From Paraphysomonas bandaiensis (lineage: Eukaryota > Protista > Chrysophyceae): DNA of 64,000 nucleotides. The first letter of the stretch is position 1. Each line of letters begins with the position of its first letter. The notes beneath the pieces were generated by a model. The model did not search any database. It was not told the origin of the DNA and worked only from the letters and a program-made list of their open reading frames with translations. Positions 14,266-27,262 of this stretch are shown in pieces. The DNA lies in the NCBI GenBank assembly GCA_965644295.1, contig CBFFRP010000016.1, positions 62,001 through 126,000 of the forward strand, written 5' to 3'. A program made the position numbers and the translations under genes.

Positions 14266-14751
14266 TTAAACCTTAGAATGTTCAAGCAAAACACGTTGGG
14301 GGGTCGAGTGCTCAGTATCATTCTGAGCGAAAACTTTAAGTCTAAGGTGGTAGAGGATGTATATAGTCGATAACTGGATAAATACTGACACCAAAGAGAT
14401 TAGTTGCGTATAATCTCTCGTTTTAGTCAGGATGTATGCTATCTGAAAGATATAAAGTAGAACTAAAACAAAAAGATTCGTGATCGCACAGACTATAGGA
14501 GTCATCTGAACATTCTCCTTGTTACGAGTCATCACGTACAACAACAATGTGTATATCGCAAATAGTACGACAATAACAGATTGATACACTATAAATTCTG
14601 TGCCGTTATGTTTCAATGCTTGCACCAACTGATATATCGCATAAGCTGTGAGAAGAGCGTATATCTTAATAGCACGGCCCAAGTATTTGATTAGTTCACC
14701 CACGCTCTTCTCATTTATATTGCTTATAAGTTTCAATCTACGCCAGCACAT
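14266..14751 (-). CDS. Small multi-pass membrane protein (about 4 TM), unknown function
   Basis: 161-aa ORF from ATG 14751 with several hydrophobic segments; divergent from QPRT. Confidence 0.55.
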   Translation of the reverse strand: MCWRRLKLISNINEKSVGELIKYLGRAIKIYALLTAYAIYQLVQALKHNGTEFIVYQSVIVVLFAIYTLLLYVMTRNKENVQMTPIVCAITNLFVLVLLYIFQIAYILTKTRDYTQLISLVSVFIQLSTIYILYHLRLKVFAQNDTEHSTPQRVLLEHSKV

Positions 14752-15059
14752 CACCACTCTCTAGCACTGTATCTATATTGCTAAATGGTTGTCTAAAGTG
14801 ATGAACGCATCCATCCATATAGCTATGCATACTGGATAGAGCTACTGGTGGAGGTACACCGGTACAGTACAGGGACTATAGTGCGCACTGCATGTCAAGA
14901 AAAGAAAATACGTACCATATACAAAGGTATTCTATGTCAATTCAATACAGCAGAGTACAGCACGAATACCCCATCGATCCTACACAGAGATCTCGTCGGC
15001 TCTCCCAGTCAGTCACATCCCTCAGCCCGCAGCAGTGTATCATATACGCTACCATCACT

Positions 15060-16428
15060 ATGAATTTCGCCCATCTTCTCTCACCAAACAATCTGGAAGA
15101 TCTTGCTCGTCGTTGGCTATCAGAGGATCAGCCGGGGTTTGATGTGGGTGGATATGTAGTGGGAGATGATCTTAAAGAGGCCCACATATACTTCAAGTCA
15201 TCAGGAGTGCTCTGTGGGGTTCCATTCGCAGAGGGTACGTGAATGAAGATGATATCGATGAGCTAATATGAGGACAGCCATATGTAGGGTTCAGGGGTGT
15301 GATGTTGAGTGGCATTTCAAGGTCACTGTCAGTATGTGTGATTCGGATACGAGTTCTAATAGACCTTAATTAGGAAGGTGTCGAGTTTTCGGATTCTGAA
15401 TTGATTCAGGACTCAGGATTGCGGAGGAAACATATTGCTACTGTACGCGGGAGATGCTGCGATGTTCTGCGTGTTGAGAGAACAGTCCTAAATGTGCTTT
15501 CAAGAGCGTCAGGTGTGGCGACCCAGGCCAGGGCTGCGGTAGCAATTGCCAAGAAAGAGGAATGGCATGGTACCATTGCTGGTACACGCAAGACGACTCC
15601 AGGGTTTCGTTCAGTGGAAAAGTATGCCCTTATTGTCGGTGGAGCATCCACACATAGGTACACAACGTTTGCTATCCTATTGACGACGTATATTTCCGAT
15701 TAACCCACTCCTTTAGACAAGACTTATCACAGATGGTAATGTTGAAAGATAATCATATTTGGGCGATGGGAAGTATTACTGGGGCAGTTCAGCGTGCTAA
15801 GGAAGCTGCTGGATTTTCGATGAAGATTGAGGTAGACCATGTACATAGGTGGCATGTATCTGATGTAGAATAGTTTTTACTTGTTCTATAGCTTGCAAGT
15901 TACATTAAACGACTTTCTGAAATGGTGGTGTCATAAATGTGCAGGTTGAATGTCAGAGTGAGGATGAAGCTCTTGAGGCTGCTGTGGCAGGGGCAGATAT
16001 TGTAATGCTTGACAATTTCTCCCCATGTGATGTTGGTCTTGTAGCATCCAATGTCAAGACCAAGTTTCCACATATACTAATAGAAGCAAGTGGGGTACGT
16101 TATTTTATGCTGCATATCGATTGTATTATTCAAGCACTTTATGTAATGCTAGGGATTTATGTGCGTATCTTCTTTTATGTTTATCTGGATGTTATAGACA
16201 GACACAAGAGATACTTTATTGTGGTAATTTTTGTGATTTATATATAGGGAATTACCACCGAAGTAATGGCGAATTTTATGCACCCATCTGTAGACATTAT
16301 CAGTAGAGGCTCTCTTACTCAAGGTAAGTATCTGATGTAATTCTCATAGCTCCTAGTTTCTCACCCCAGTAAATATCCACTGAACAGGATATCCTTGTGT
16401 GGACATATCTATGAAGTTAAATCGTTGA
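15060..16428 (+). CDS. QPRT: Nicotinate-nucleotide pyrophosphorylase (quinolinate phosphoribosyltransferase), ~7 exons
   Basis: Motifs [56 protein letters not shown]|[19 protein letters not shown]. Confidence 0.95.
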
Positions 16429-17446
16429 TCAAAACCTTTTATTAAAAGGTGTTGCACGCCGAAAAAACAACATTGTTATTGAGTATAGAGTATAGTAACT
16501 TTTGACTCAGCACACTCAGCTCGTGTTTTATTTTATTATCTAGCTCAATTTCAGCATGGTGCTCGTTTACCTACGTGACGTAGATTGTTGTTTCTAGCGT
16601 AACTAAAACTGCTCATTTCTTCACGCATCTCTATGTTGATTTACCAACTATACGTCACACGTAGTTTTTAGCTCTGTTAATGTTCCGTTATGTAAATACA
16701 TTCCACCGGCATATAATACTGCACTAAAATTAGACCATAGAGAGGAATGTATAATGTATAATTTATAATTTATTGCGTTTTGTGTTACGTTACTATTTCT
16801 TATATATGGCGGAAGTAATCATAGTAAATATACGTAAGCATATAACAAATGCTTGTTACTCAAGTAAATTATTTCTACAAGCAAGTATTAAATATACCAT
16901 TTATCCATATATTTTGTTGAATTCTATGTCTTATGATATATATTGTGCGATTGAAGTGAGTTAACAGTTTGACTGGTTGTCTGGCGAGTATATGATAAAT
17001 AAATATTATGTTTGTATTGACATTGATACCATCACATTTCTTTCTTAAAAGCATTAAATATAATTTTAATTTAATGTACCACTTGATTAATTTTGGTGGT
17101 ACGTTCAACCTTAATTTACTTTACTTTCAACAAAAACATAATACGTAAATCTTAAGTTTATTATACTTATTTTCAAAGCGATGATAAGAAACAACAGTTT
17201 CTCAGCAGACATTATTGAGAAGGTGTGCATGTAAAGTTATTCTCATATATTGCTGCCTATTTCAAAGAAAAGCCCCGTACAAAGTGCTACTTATTAAGGT
17301 TTCATAGCTTGCTCTTTGAAGTAAAAGGAAAATGATATTATTACAAAAAAAGTGATGTTAAACATTCTCAGCACATAAACCACTGAGAATATAAAAGAAT
17401 AGAAGCACATAAACTAAATCGGGTGCCATAATATAATAAAGCTCCC

Positions 17447-18573
17447 TTATTCATCCGGCGGTAACATGTTAATTGCACTGTTGTACTTCTTGTGTGCCTC
17501 CTCCAGGTTTGCGGAAGACATGTTGAGGTCTCGTAGAAGACCGTCACTCATGCCATAAATGAAACCGTGGACAGTCAGCGGCTGACCTCTGTCCCATGCA
17601 TCCCGAACAATGGTGCTCTGGCACAAGTTCATCACTACAGACAACAGAAACGGTCCGTTAGTCAGGTTCTACACAAGTAGTCGACTGTACTTCGGCAGAT
17701 ATGACATGCACATTTCACGTACCTTGTTCAATGACGTTGAGCTGGCAAAGGTGGTTCCCACGCACTTTACCAATTTCGTATTTCTCCAGTCGGGACTTAT
17801 GCTTCTGTTGAACATCGTCCACATGCCTCAGCCAATTGTCAACTAAGCCAAGGCGCATTCCTGCCACAACATGGGTGTAAGAGAAACCATACTCAGTTCA
17901 ATTGTACTACATGCGGGCACCTTTCATAGTGGCGAATACACCACCACAGCCATAATGCCCACATACGATGATATGCTTGACCTTTAGGCAGTCGACAGCA
18001 AATTGGGTAACAGCGATGCAGTTGAAATCCGTGTGTCCCACTGATCAAGCCATAGAAAAGTAAGTGGCTGAATGATAACCATAAAACTCAACACTTACCG
18101 ACGTTAGCAACATTCCGATGTACGAATACCTCTCCTGGTTCAAGGCCAGTAATCACACTACATATAATAGGTAAATGAATATCAAAACATACACATACTC
18201 CATACATAAACACTTACTTGGCAGGAACACGGCTATCTGCGCACCCAATCCAGAGGTACTCAGGCGATTGCTGAATACTGAGTTGCTCAAAGAACTCTGG
18301 ATCCCGTGATTTCTTCCTTTCGGCCCATTCAGCATTATTGACGAACAAATTCCGAATGCTTAATGCATGGTCATCGATCACCGCATAGGGATCACTGTAT
18401 CTGCTGACACCCCGAGGCCTATTTTCTGGCTTTCCAATATTTGGAAGTAGTTCTCCACTATGACTTTTATTGTTCTCTTCAGTTGGTTTAGTTTCCTCTG
18501 AGACGAATGCTTCTGTACTAATGCTTCTCACAGCAAGCACAAACTCACTGATCTCTTTTTCAGAGTTACTCAT
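17447..18573 (-). CDS. Beta-class carbonic anhydrase, copy 1 (5 exons)
   Basis: Zn-ligand motifs [10 protein letters not shown] and VCGHYGCGG, plus [12 protein letters not shown]; spliced via four GT-AG introns. Confidence 0.93.
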
Positions 18574-20262
18574 ATCTTCGTCGCTGTAGTTAACACTTGA
18601 TGAAATTGTGATGGAATATTGCAATGATTGAAGTACTATACTGGACTAGTCACACATCTGTATAAGCATCTGGAAGTGTTAAAGAAGCAACAAGAGTTTG
18701 TTAACAAGTGGTGAGAAGATAATATCAAAACATGTGTATATATCCATCTGTCTGCATGTTGGACGGATTACATATTCCCGTATTAACGATATGTTACCAG
18801 GTCAGCTGTGATTTAGACGGATTGCATACGGCCGTTTTGTCCCATTTGGCACATGGAACCTGGATGTGTGTCCTACATCATACTTCTCTATACGATCGTA
18901 GATGTGTACTCTGCTGTATACATATAGTCGTGTACAGCAGCTGTGTACTGTATTTTCGAATAACAATATCCACATATGACCCAGCTGTCGTCACCACATC
19001 CACGCTAGAAAGCCATTCCACGTTAGTGTAAACACGGGTCGTGCCTCCTATACTAGAGTCAACATTCCTGTATCTTATCTCTGCAGTGAGCATAAGATAT
19101 TACTAAGGTATCGTCATCAACGAGAGTAACAAAAGAAATATGAGTCATACGGGGGACGAGGTGAATACATTTGTCAGTGCTGTGCGTGGTATTAGTAATG
19201 AGAGTGAGGGAGGACCTGCAACAATCAGTCAGGCTGTAAATGATCGTGATGTACCTTCTGTGAATGAGCTCAAAGCAGTTACATCCACACCTCAAACATT
19301 TCGCCCGTTCGGTATAAGCAGATACAATGATCCCTCTGCAGTGATCGATGACCATGCATTAAGCATTCGGAATTTGTTCGTCAATAATGCTGAATGGGCC
19401 GAAAGGAAGAAATCACAGGATCCAGAGTTCTTTGAGCAACTCAGTATTCAGCAATCCCCTGAGTACCTCTGGATTGGGTGCGCAGATAGCCGTGTTCCTG
19501 CCAAGTAAGTGTTTATGTATGGAGTATGTGTATGTTTTGATATTCATTTACCTATTATATGTAGTGTGATTACTGGCCTTGAACCAGGAGAGGTATTCGT
19601 ACATCGAAATGTTGCTAACGTCGGTAAGTGTTGAGTTTTATGGTTATCATTCAGCCACTTACTTTTCTATGGCTTGATCAGTGGGACACACGGATTTCAA
19701 CTGCATCGCTGTTACCCAATTTGCTGTCGACTGCCTAAAGGTCAAGCATATCATCGTATGTGGGCATTATGGCTGTGGTGGTGTATTCGCCACTATGAAA
19801 GGTGCCCGCATGTAGTACAATTGAAATGAGTATGGTTTCTCTTACACTCATGTTGTGGCAGGAATGCGCCTTGGCTTAGTTGACAATTGGCTGAGGCATG
19901 TGGACGATGTTCAACAGAAGCATAAGTCCCGACTGGAGAAATACGAAATTGGTAAAGTGCGTGGGAACCACCTTTGCGAGCTCAACGTCATTGAACAAGG
20001 TACGTGAAATGTGTATGTCATATCTGCCGAAGTACAGTCGACTACTTGTGTAGAACCTGACTAACGGACCGTTTCTGTTGTCTGTAGTGATGAACTTGTG
20101 CCAGAGCACCATTGTTCGGGATGCATGGGACAGAGGTCAGCCGCTGACTGTCCACGGTCTCATTTATGGCATGAGTGACGGTCTTCTACGAGATCTCAAC
20201 ATGTCTTCCGCAAACCTGGAGGAGGCACACAAGAAGTACAACAGTGCAATTAACATGTTACC
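17460..20262. repeat. Large inverted repeat: arms 17460-18381 and 19341-20262 (922 bp each), spacer ~960 bp
   Basis: Arms are reverse complements with about ten mismatches by eye, introns included. Confidence 0.95.
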
Positions 20263-20275
20263 ACCTGAGAATTAA
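19140..20275 (+). CDS. Beta-class carbonic anhydrase, copy 2 (5 exons)
   Basis: Same motifs and intron positions as copy 1; [10 protein letters not shown] helix present. Confidence 0.93.
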
Positions 20276-20790
20276 AAAATATTACTTTGAATTTAATCGT
20301 ACCTCTTGCGAAAATTTTTGTTATCAGTTTACTGTTGCTGGCATTTTTGCCTGATTTAATTTTATCCAATTTGTTGAGTTTGCGTTCGGCTTACAGTTTA
20401 GTGCAGTAACTACATTAAACAAAATCATAGTTTTGCTGAAGTGCGTTTCGTCAGGACTTGAATAACTTTGCCTCATGGTTGTAGATTGTTGACTAGCTAT
20501 TAATGTTACGTGTATATCAAGCAATACTTTGTGAAGGATATTAAGTCTTCTGAGATCAAGTTGTGATATACATCTAGAAGTATCTTGTATATATACAAGT
20601 ATTTACCGGTTAACCGGGCGCTTGAACCGAGTGTAAACATAAATCTTAACGCCAATCTTATTGTCACTTGATTTCGGCCTCAAGAACTCAAGGGTAAAGA
20701 TAAAGCAGAAAAGTGAATAATATACGTCAAGAATTTAGATATCATTTACTTACAACACTGCTTCAACTTATGAATGAAAACTACATGATA

Positions 20791-21552
20791 TTACACACTT
20801 TTATCTGCAGTGTTATCATATTTTCTGTAATATTCACCACTATCAATGTCACGCTGTAGTGCACGGAGACTACTATAGAAATGAATATTCGGGCAGGCCT
20901 GAGGGCGAACAGATCGGACAAGCTCCAAAGCATCATCAAGACGAACATGCCTATATACCATTAAATACGCGCAACATATAGTAGCGCTGCGTGATACACC
21001 CTTGTAACAATGCACCAGTACGCGGGACGTATCAGACGAAAGAGAGTCATGAATAAAACCCAGACACTCTTCCAACACGCTAAACACATTCTGATCACAA
21101 TTGTCTTTCATCGACACGCGCTTATACCGAAATTCGTGCTGATACGGGAGTGCACATGTGTCGGCCAAGCAAAGGATATGGGTTATCTGATACTCTTTCA
21201 GAGCCTGAATATTATACGCAGAACCCACTGATCCAATCGCAATGTTTGATCCAGGTATCATGCATGGAGCCCCTATAATACATATATATGTCAGCAGGTG
21301 CTTCCCTACCTACACAATACAACCATCTACTCTCTTCATCTTTATTGCATAAAGTGCTCCAATGATTCTACGAGACTTGAGTATGGCAGAATCACTTCCA
21401 GTTTCAGAAGAATCATTTCTGTCATCTATCTTATCATCTAACTTACCATCTGACTCATTATCTAACACGTTATTTGACTTGTTTTGCATTGTGAAGAGCT
21501 TCGATTCGTCTGTACTATCACAGACACCAGAGTCGCAGTCATGTTCTGACAT
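20791..21552 (-). CDS. Dual-specificity protein phosphatase (2 exons)
   Basis: Catalytic VLVHCYKGVSRSATICCAYLM, ITHIL, VRSVRPQACPN; acidic N-terminal exon joined across an intron at ~21272-21323. Confidence 0.92.
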
Positions 21553-21986
21553 GATTGACAAATATATGCAGAGATCTAATGGTTATTCGAGCACCACATC
21601 ACTGCCATTGCACCTGACTATATATATGTTACAGTATGGCTGTGGATGGATATATTTACAATCTTATATGAGGAATTCTTGTCCTGCATGATGGATGATG
21701 GCATATACATCCTCTCATTTCTTGATAAAACAGGGACTATTGGGATTTTATGAGGTAAAATTCGAATATATTCTGCGAATCTAGGAAATATACGTAGAAA
21801 AACTCTATGTTGCGAAACTCGAGTTTTGGCCTTGTATTGAGCCTGAGTGTATGCTGTATATATATGCATACAGAGTCTGTATATACTTCGCGGTGTGGTC
21901 TCGTAGCAGGGCTGCTTTGCTTATTCACTTATATATCTCACTCCATCACTCTGATAATAACATTAGTTTTAAATAATAGTGAAGCG

Positions 21987-22664
21987 ATGAATCTAGAAGG
22001 CAATAACGTACTGATGTTTGCAGCAAGCATACTAGCTGGGACCTTTGCATTTAAAATATGCCGATATCTAGAGCCCTCCAAACCAGAGGACACTGATCCT
22101 ACCTCGAGATCGAGTTCATCCTCTGACAGCAGCGATGATGAAGATGATGATGGATTTCGATTTCCTCCATCATATTCCATTAAGGATAACTATTCAATGC
22201 TTGATGGGAAGTTTAAAATGGTAAGGATGAGTTTATGTGTGTATGAAACATAGTGACGGTGGTGTAGGTGTTGTGCGTTAACTCGAGTCTCCATATGGGT
22301 AAAGGAAAAATAGCAGCTCAATGTGGACACGCTACCCTGGGTGCATATAGGTTGGCTTCCCGGTATGCCAAATCGGCAGTGAAGTGGTGGTATACACTTG
22401 GGCAAGCGAAAATTGCTGTAAAAGTACCGAACGATGAAGCCCTACACGAGCTTGAACGAAAGGTGACATTACAGTCGCACTTATATATATTCCATACGCA
22501 TGCTAATATGTGTTCCACAGGCAATGGATGCTGGGTTAGTGGTGTGTATGATACAGGACGCCGGCCACACTCAAGTTGCCCCAGGTTCACATACAGTTCT
22601 CGCAATAGGGCCTGCCCCTACTCAAGCCATCGATAGTATTACGGGTGACTTCAAGTTGTTGTAA
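21987..22664 (+). CDS. PTRH2: Peptidyl-tRNA hydrolase 2 (3 exons) with N-terminal membrane anchor
   Basis: KM|[54 protein letters not shown]. Confidence 0.93.
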
Positions 22665-23659
22665 AGGGGTTGCCGTGTGGTGTGTAATAAATTTATTATT
22701 TGAAATATTTATTGCTCGGTAGTTCGCGTCTGCCTCCTCTGAAAACTTCTTTTGTATCTATACAAGGAAACAGTATAATCCTATTAACTATTAGTTAATA
22801 CTGTTGATTATTGATGCAAATATAAACGTAATGCAATATTATTGATGGAAATACAAGAGCGTTTCTGAATGTGTGGATTATTGATAATTGTTATGTTTTT
22901 AAAGAGACTATTAGGTACCATGAAATAGGACCCACGTACCACGTATAGAGGTCTTGCCTCCTATAGGTGGTCCTCTTTAATATTTCCTAATCATATCGGC
23001 AGTTAGCATCTTATTTTTCGGGAGTAAATTGAAGCAAATATACTCTATGTTACTGCAATATAACTACAGATGGAATACAGATAATTGTTGTCTCAATATT
23101 TGAGGCATCTTTGAACAAAAATATACAGAGGATGCCGATACGATCAAGTTCCTAATAGGTACCATGTACTATACTTAATAATGAGTCTGTAGGTATTCCT
23201 ATAGGAAGCTACCTAGAGGAACTAATCCTGTGCGAGGTCCACCGATATAAAAAATGAAGAAACGAAGTACGTACTTTGTACATTTCTCAAATTTGGGTCA
23301 GAATATTCACCCAGTTCTTAATACGGTCTTACTTTGAAAACTAATCGACATCTTTGGTCAAGTACAAGCGTATTACAACTCATTAAAAGATTATGACCGT
23401 GAGCTTGGGGACAAAATATGACGAGGAGCGGTGCAATGCTTTTGTACTTCGTCCTATATTTTTTATTGCACTTAAATTAAAATAACAAAAGACAGGTGTA
23501 GATTGATATAAGCACTTGTAAGGTACTACTGTAGAGATCACAACATACTAGATATTTTCAAGTGATTTCTGAGATTAATCATCCTCCGTGTTCACACCAT
23601 GGAGCTCACATTCCTTACTTCTAATAAATCAACGGACGTAAAATAACTTTTCGTACATC

Positions 23660-24075
23660 TAAAGTAGAAAAACTAGCGGTTGCATAGCTTCCACCAAGAG
23701 ACAATTGGAAGGCGGAACCATCCCTATATACCCGTCGCTTAGAGAATTCCATGAATACCTTGTGGCAGCCCCATATATAACCGCTACTCTTTTATCATTC
23801 TTCTGCAGACCAATATTAATACCCATTGTTTCCTTCGCTGATGATATCTTATATGTATTATATATGAAAATGTTCAAGGCAATCCTGTTTAGCAGCCCTT
23901 CTCTGCAAGAAAATATGTACCCTTTCTTGCTAGTACAGCCTTGCCTTCTCGTGACGGTAGTTGGCCACTCTGCTTGATGTATGCAACCTTCGAGATTTCC
24001 CTTATATATACTCGGTTAAGGGTTCAATCTCTTCTCCGTGAACTTATTCTTAAGAGCACTTCAATGTCCAATAGC
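23660..24075 (-). pseudogene. Possible frameshifted coding remnant, unidentified
   Basis: Short protein-like stretches in successive frames (ALKNKFTEKKIEPLTEYI / EISKVAYIKQSG / REGLLNRIALNIF) broken by stops; no family recognised. Confidence 0.25.
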
Positions 24076-24560
24076 GTGTGTCTATGAGTAATATGAGGGT
24101 CATGGTGTGTGTTATCGATTTTAAGAAGCACATGAGTCAGCTATCGGTAGTACTGTTGATTAACTCATCACCGTTGTCTGTTTCCATGTCGGTGGGCTAG
24201 CCCATCAAGCCCATGCAAAAATATTTGATGTTTCCTGCGTATAGCCTGCAGATACTCCCAGTCAACAGAACCATCTTGATTTTCAGTGTATATTCATCTC
24301 CCTAATAAGCACAGTGGTTGCTGTTTGTCTTGCAGGTGAGCGATAGATCAGTCTTTCTTTGTTGCTGGATATTACATCAATATTCTCGATATCTAGGTAT
24401 AAAAATCGTGATATTCTCGATATCTAGGTATATAAAATCTATATTATGGTCACTATAATGTCTATTGAAATCTCGTGATATGACATGTGAGATATCTAGA
24501 TATCAGGAACCAGAGAGAGGCTGCATCATACCTTTGAAAACAACTTAGACGAAACATCAA

Positions 24561-26051
24561 ATGCCAGACTCTACGTTACTGACATTACAGGAACAGTATG
24601 GATTATCGGCTGGAAGTTTCTTGTATGACTATCGAAATAAAAGGGGTTTGCGTCCTCCACAAATAATTACACGTGAGTCCATGAAACCCTACTTAACTCC
24701 AATGAATTCCAATGACAGCGAGTCAGTGATAATTGAGAGAAGAAATAAAATAACAGAAGAATTGGCAATGGCAAAGGAACTGTATGAAACTCATCCCGAT
24801 AGACATAAGGCAGTTCCAAATGGAAATATGAGATCTCGAATATTTCAATGGGAAGTGTTACTAAAGGATGTAGAACGTGCTATATCAAAATTAAATGATG
24901 AAGTAACTTCTGGTTCTGGCAAGCGCAAACTGAGCATTGATGAAGTTCAGTCGAAACGATCGCGCGAAGACTCATGCGAGAATTCAACTGAGCAAGGTGA
25001 GGAAACTGTTCCCACTCCGAGATCGAATTCATCCTCTGACAGTAGTGGTGATAAAGATGAGGATACTTTACTGACATTACAGAAACAGTATGGATTATCG
25101 GCTGGAAGTTTCTTGTATGACTATCGAAATAAAAGGGGTTTGCGTCCTACACAAATAATTACACGTGTGTCCATGAAACCCTACTTAACTCCAATGAATT
25201 CCAATGACAGCGAGTCAGTGATAATTGAGAGAAGAAATAAAATAACAGAAGAATTGGCAATGGCAAAGGAACTGTATGAAACTCATCCCGATAGACATAA
25301 GGCAGTTCCAAATGGAAATATGAGATCTCGAATATTTCAATGGGAAGTGTTACTAAAGGATGTAGAACGTGCTATATCAAAATTAAATGATGAAGTAACT
25401 TCTGGTTCTGGCAAGCGCAAACTGAGCATTGATGAAGTTCAGTCGAAACGATCGCGCGAAGACTCATGCGAGAATTCAACTGAGCAAGGTGAGGAAACTG
25501 TTCCCACTCCGAGATCGAATTCATCCTCTGACAGTAGTGGTGATAAAGATGAGGATACTTTACTGACATTACAGAAACAGTATGGATTATCGGCTGGAAG
25601 TTTCTTGTATGACTATCGAAATAAAAGGGGTTTGCGTCCTACACAAATAATTACACGTGTGTCCATGAAACCCTACTTAACTCCAATGAATTCCAATGAC
25701 AGCGAGTCAGTGATAATTGAGAGAAGAAATAAAATAACAGAAGAATTGGCAATGGCAAAGGAACTGTATGAAACTCATCCCGATAGACATAAGGCAGTTC
25801 CAAATGGAAATATGAGATCTCGAATATTTCAATGGGAAGTGTTACTAAAGGATGTAGAACGTGCTATATCAAAATTAAATGATGAAGTAACTTCTGGTTC
25901 TGGCAAGCGCAAACTGAGCATTGATGAAGTTCAGTCGAAACGATCGCGCGAAGTCTCATGCGAGAATTCAACTGAGCAAGGTGAGGAAACTGTTCCCACT
26001 TCGAGATCGAATTCATCCTCTGACAGTAGTGGTGATAAAGATGGGGTGTAG
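24561..26051 (+). CDS. 496-aa intronless protein made of three near-identical 164-aa units; unknown function
   Basis: Open across all three units; each has a helical core, basic KRK..KRSR motif and Ser/acidic linker. Confidence 0.6.
   Translation: MPDSTLLTLQEQYGLSAGSFLYDYRNKRGLRPPQIITRESMKPYLTPMNSNDSESVIIERRNKITEELAMAKELYETHPDRHKAVPNGNMRSRIFQWEVLLKDVERAISKLNDEVTSGSGKRKLSIDEVQSKRSREDSCENSTEQGEETVPTPRSNSSSDSSGDKDEDTLLTLQKQYGLSAGSFLYDYRNKRGLRPTQIITRVSMKPYLTPMNSNDSESVIIERRNKITEELAMAKELYETHPDRHKAVPNGNMRSRIFQWEVLLKDVERAISKLNDEVTSGSGKRKLSIDEVQSKRSREDSCENSTEQGEETVPTPRSNSSSDSSGDKDEDTLLTLQKQYGLSAGSFLYDYRNKRGLRPTQIITRVSMKPYLTPMNSNDSESVIIERRNKITEELAMAKELYETHPDRHKAVPNGNMRSRIFQWEVLLKDVERAISKLNDEVTSGSGKRKLSIDEVQSKRSREVSCENSTEQGEETVPTSRSNSSSDSSGDKDGV
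24570..26045 (+). repeat. Tandem repeat, 3 x 492 bp
   Basis: gatactttactgacattac recurs at 25062 and 25554 (period 492); only a few substitutions between units. Confidence 0.97.
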
Positions 26052-26516
26052 GAATGCGATTATGATATACATAAGTCTTAAGTTTTTTATAAATGTATGG
26101 TAGTTCACTTTCCATGAGGTCTTGAATAACTGCGTTTCTTATAGTTTTCATTATAGAGTTCCTTCTTATTTACATTTAGACCATTCTAGGGTGTGAGTTG
26201 TATTAATGTAAAAAGCACGATGTATTCTGAATACTCCACTTATATTGAAAGAAAAACTATTAAATCCAATGAGAACGAAATCAGAATCTAAATTGGGAGT
26301 ATGTTACCAATACTTACTGAAGTAGTATTAGCTCAAAGGTTCAAAGTACACGAATATTAGGGTTAGGGTATTATGTACTCTTGTAGCTATTTATAAGTGG
26401 CAACGCCCCTCTGGTACTACCGAGCACTATAAACTTCTGTTGCAATCACACAGGGAGTTTTTAACTGAGTCACGTATATATTATATGTTAATAATGCTAA
26501 GTGCTAACTACAAATA

Positions 26517-27262
26517 TTATTTATCATCTGACGGCTTCGTCCTTTTTCTTGGCCTCATTTTCTCATTGCTGGAGCTTTTTTTCTTTCGATTCTGTACTTT
26601 CTTGGGAGCTTTCTTTGTGCTTTCTTCATTGTCCATTATGATTGTAGTTTTCTCTGATCTCGCCCTTCTGTGATTATCTTCGACGTCGTCATCATCTAAT
26701 TTGTCGCCCAAAAGATCAGACAGGTCATCTACTGCTTTTGTATTCCCATTCACTTCAAAAGAATTATCGGAAACACTCTATATTACATATTATTTCTAGT
26801 AGAGTAGCACGTCAATTTTACACACCTCAGTATCGCTGTCACTATCAATTTCCTCTTCTTCTTGTTGTGCGACAAACTTCTCATACTCCTCCTTCCGTTT
26901 CTGATACTTCTTCCCATTTACATGACGTAAAATTTCTTCCGGGCGCTTGTTAAGTGTCTGCTCAGTGAGTTGGCACCAGACCTTGTTGGTGGCAGTTTTG
27001 TGAGGTATGATGTACTGTGACACCGATTCCAAGTTAAATTCCTCCCTGTATACAGTGCCTTTAGAGTCAGTTCAATACGTATAATATTCTCTTACCATTC
27101 TTTTGCTGCTTTATACTTCTTACTCCCCAAGTATTCCTTTATGACACTTACGGATGGGGGCATCTCGTGGCCAGTCAGCTTGCAGCATATTTTATTAGAG
27201 GCCGTTAAATGCAAAACCGACTTGTTAGCTGCAAGTAAACTTGCAACGGATTCAGATGACAT
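26517..27262 (-). CDS. SURF2: Surfeit locus protein 2-like (3 exons)
   Basis: Two motifs [22 protein letters not shown] and [29 protein letters not shown], then acidic and basic tail. Confidence 0.85.

Noticed and set aside
22555-22575. PTH2 motif DAGHTQ instead of DAGRTQ
   Set aside because: This position varies among Pth2 enzymes, for example in archaea; not evidence of inactivation
24570-26045. CRISPR-like array or other prokaryotic defence system
   Set aside because: Units are long, contiguous and coding with no spacers; the window is eukaryotic and has no cas genes
26357-26368. TTAGGG telomeric repeat
   Set aside because: Only two units; expected by chance
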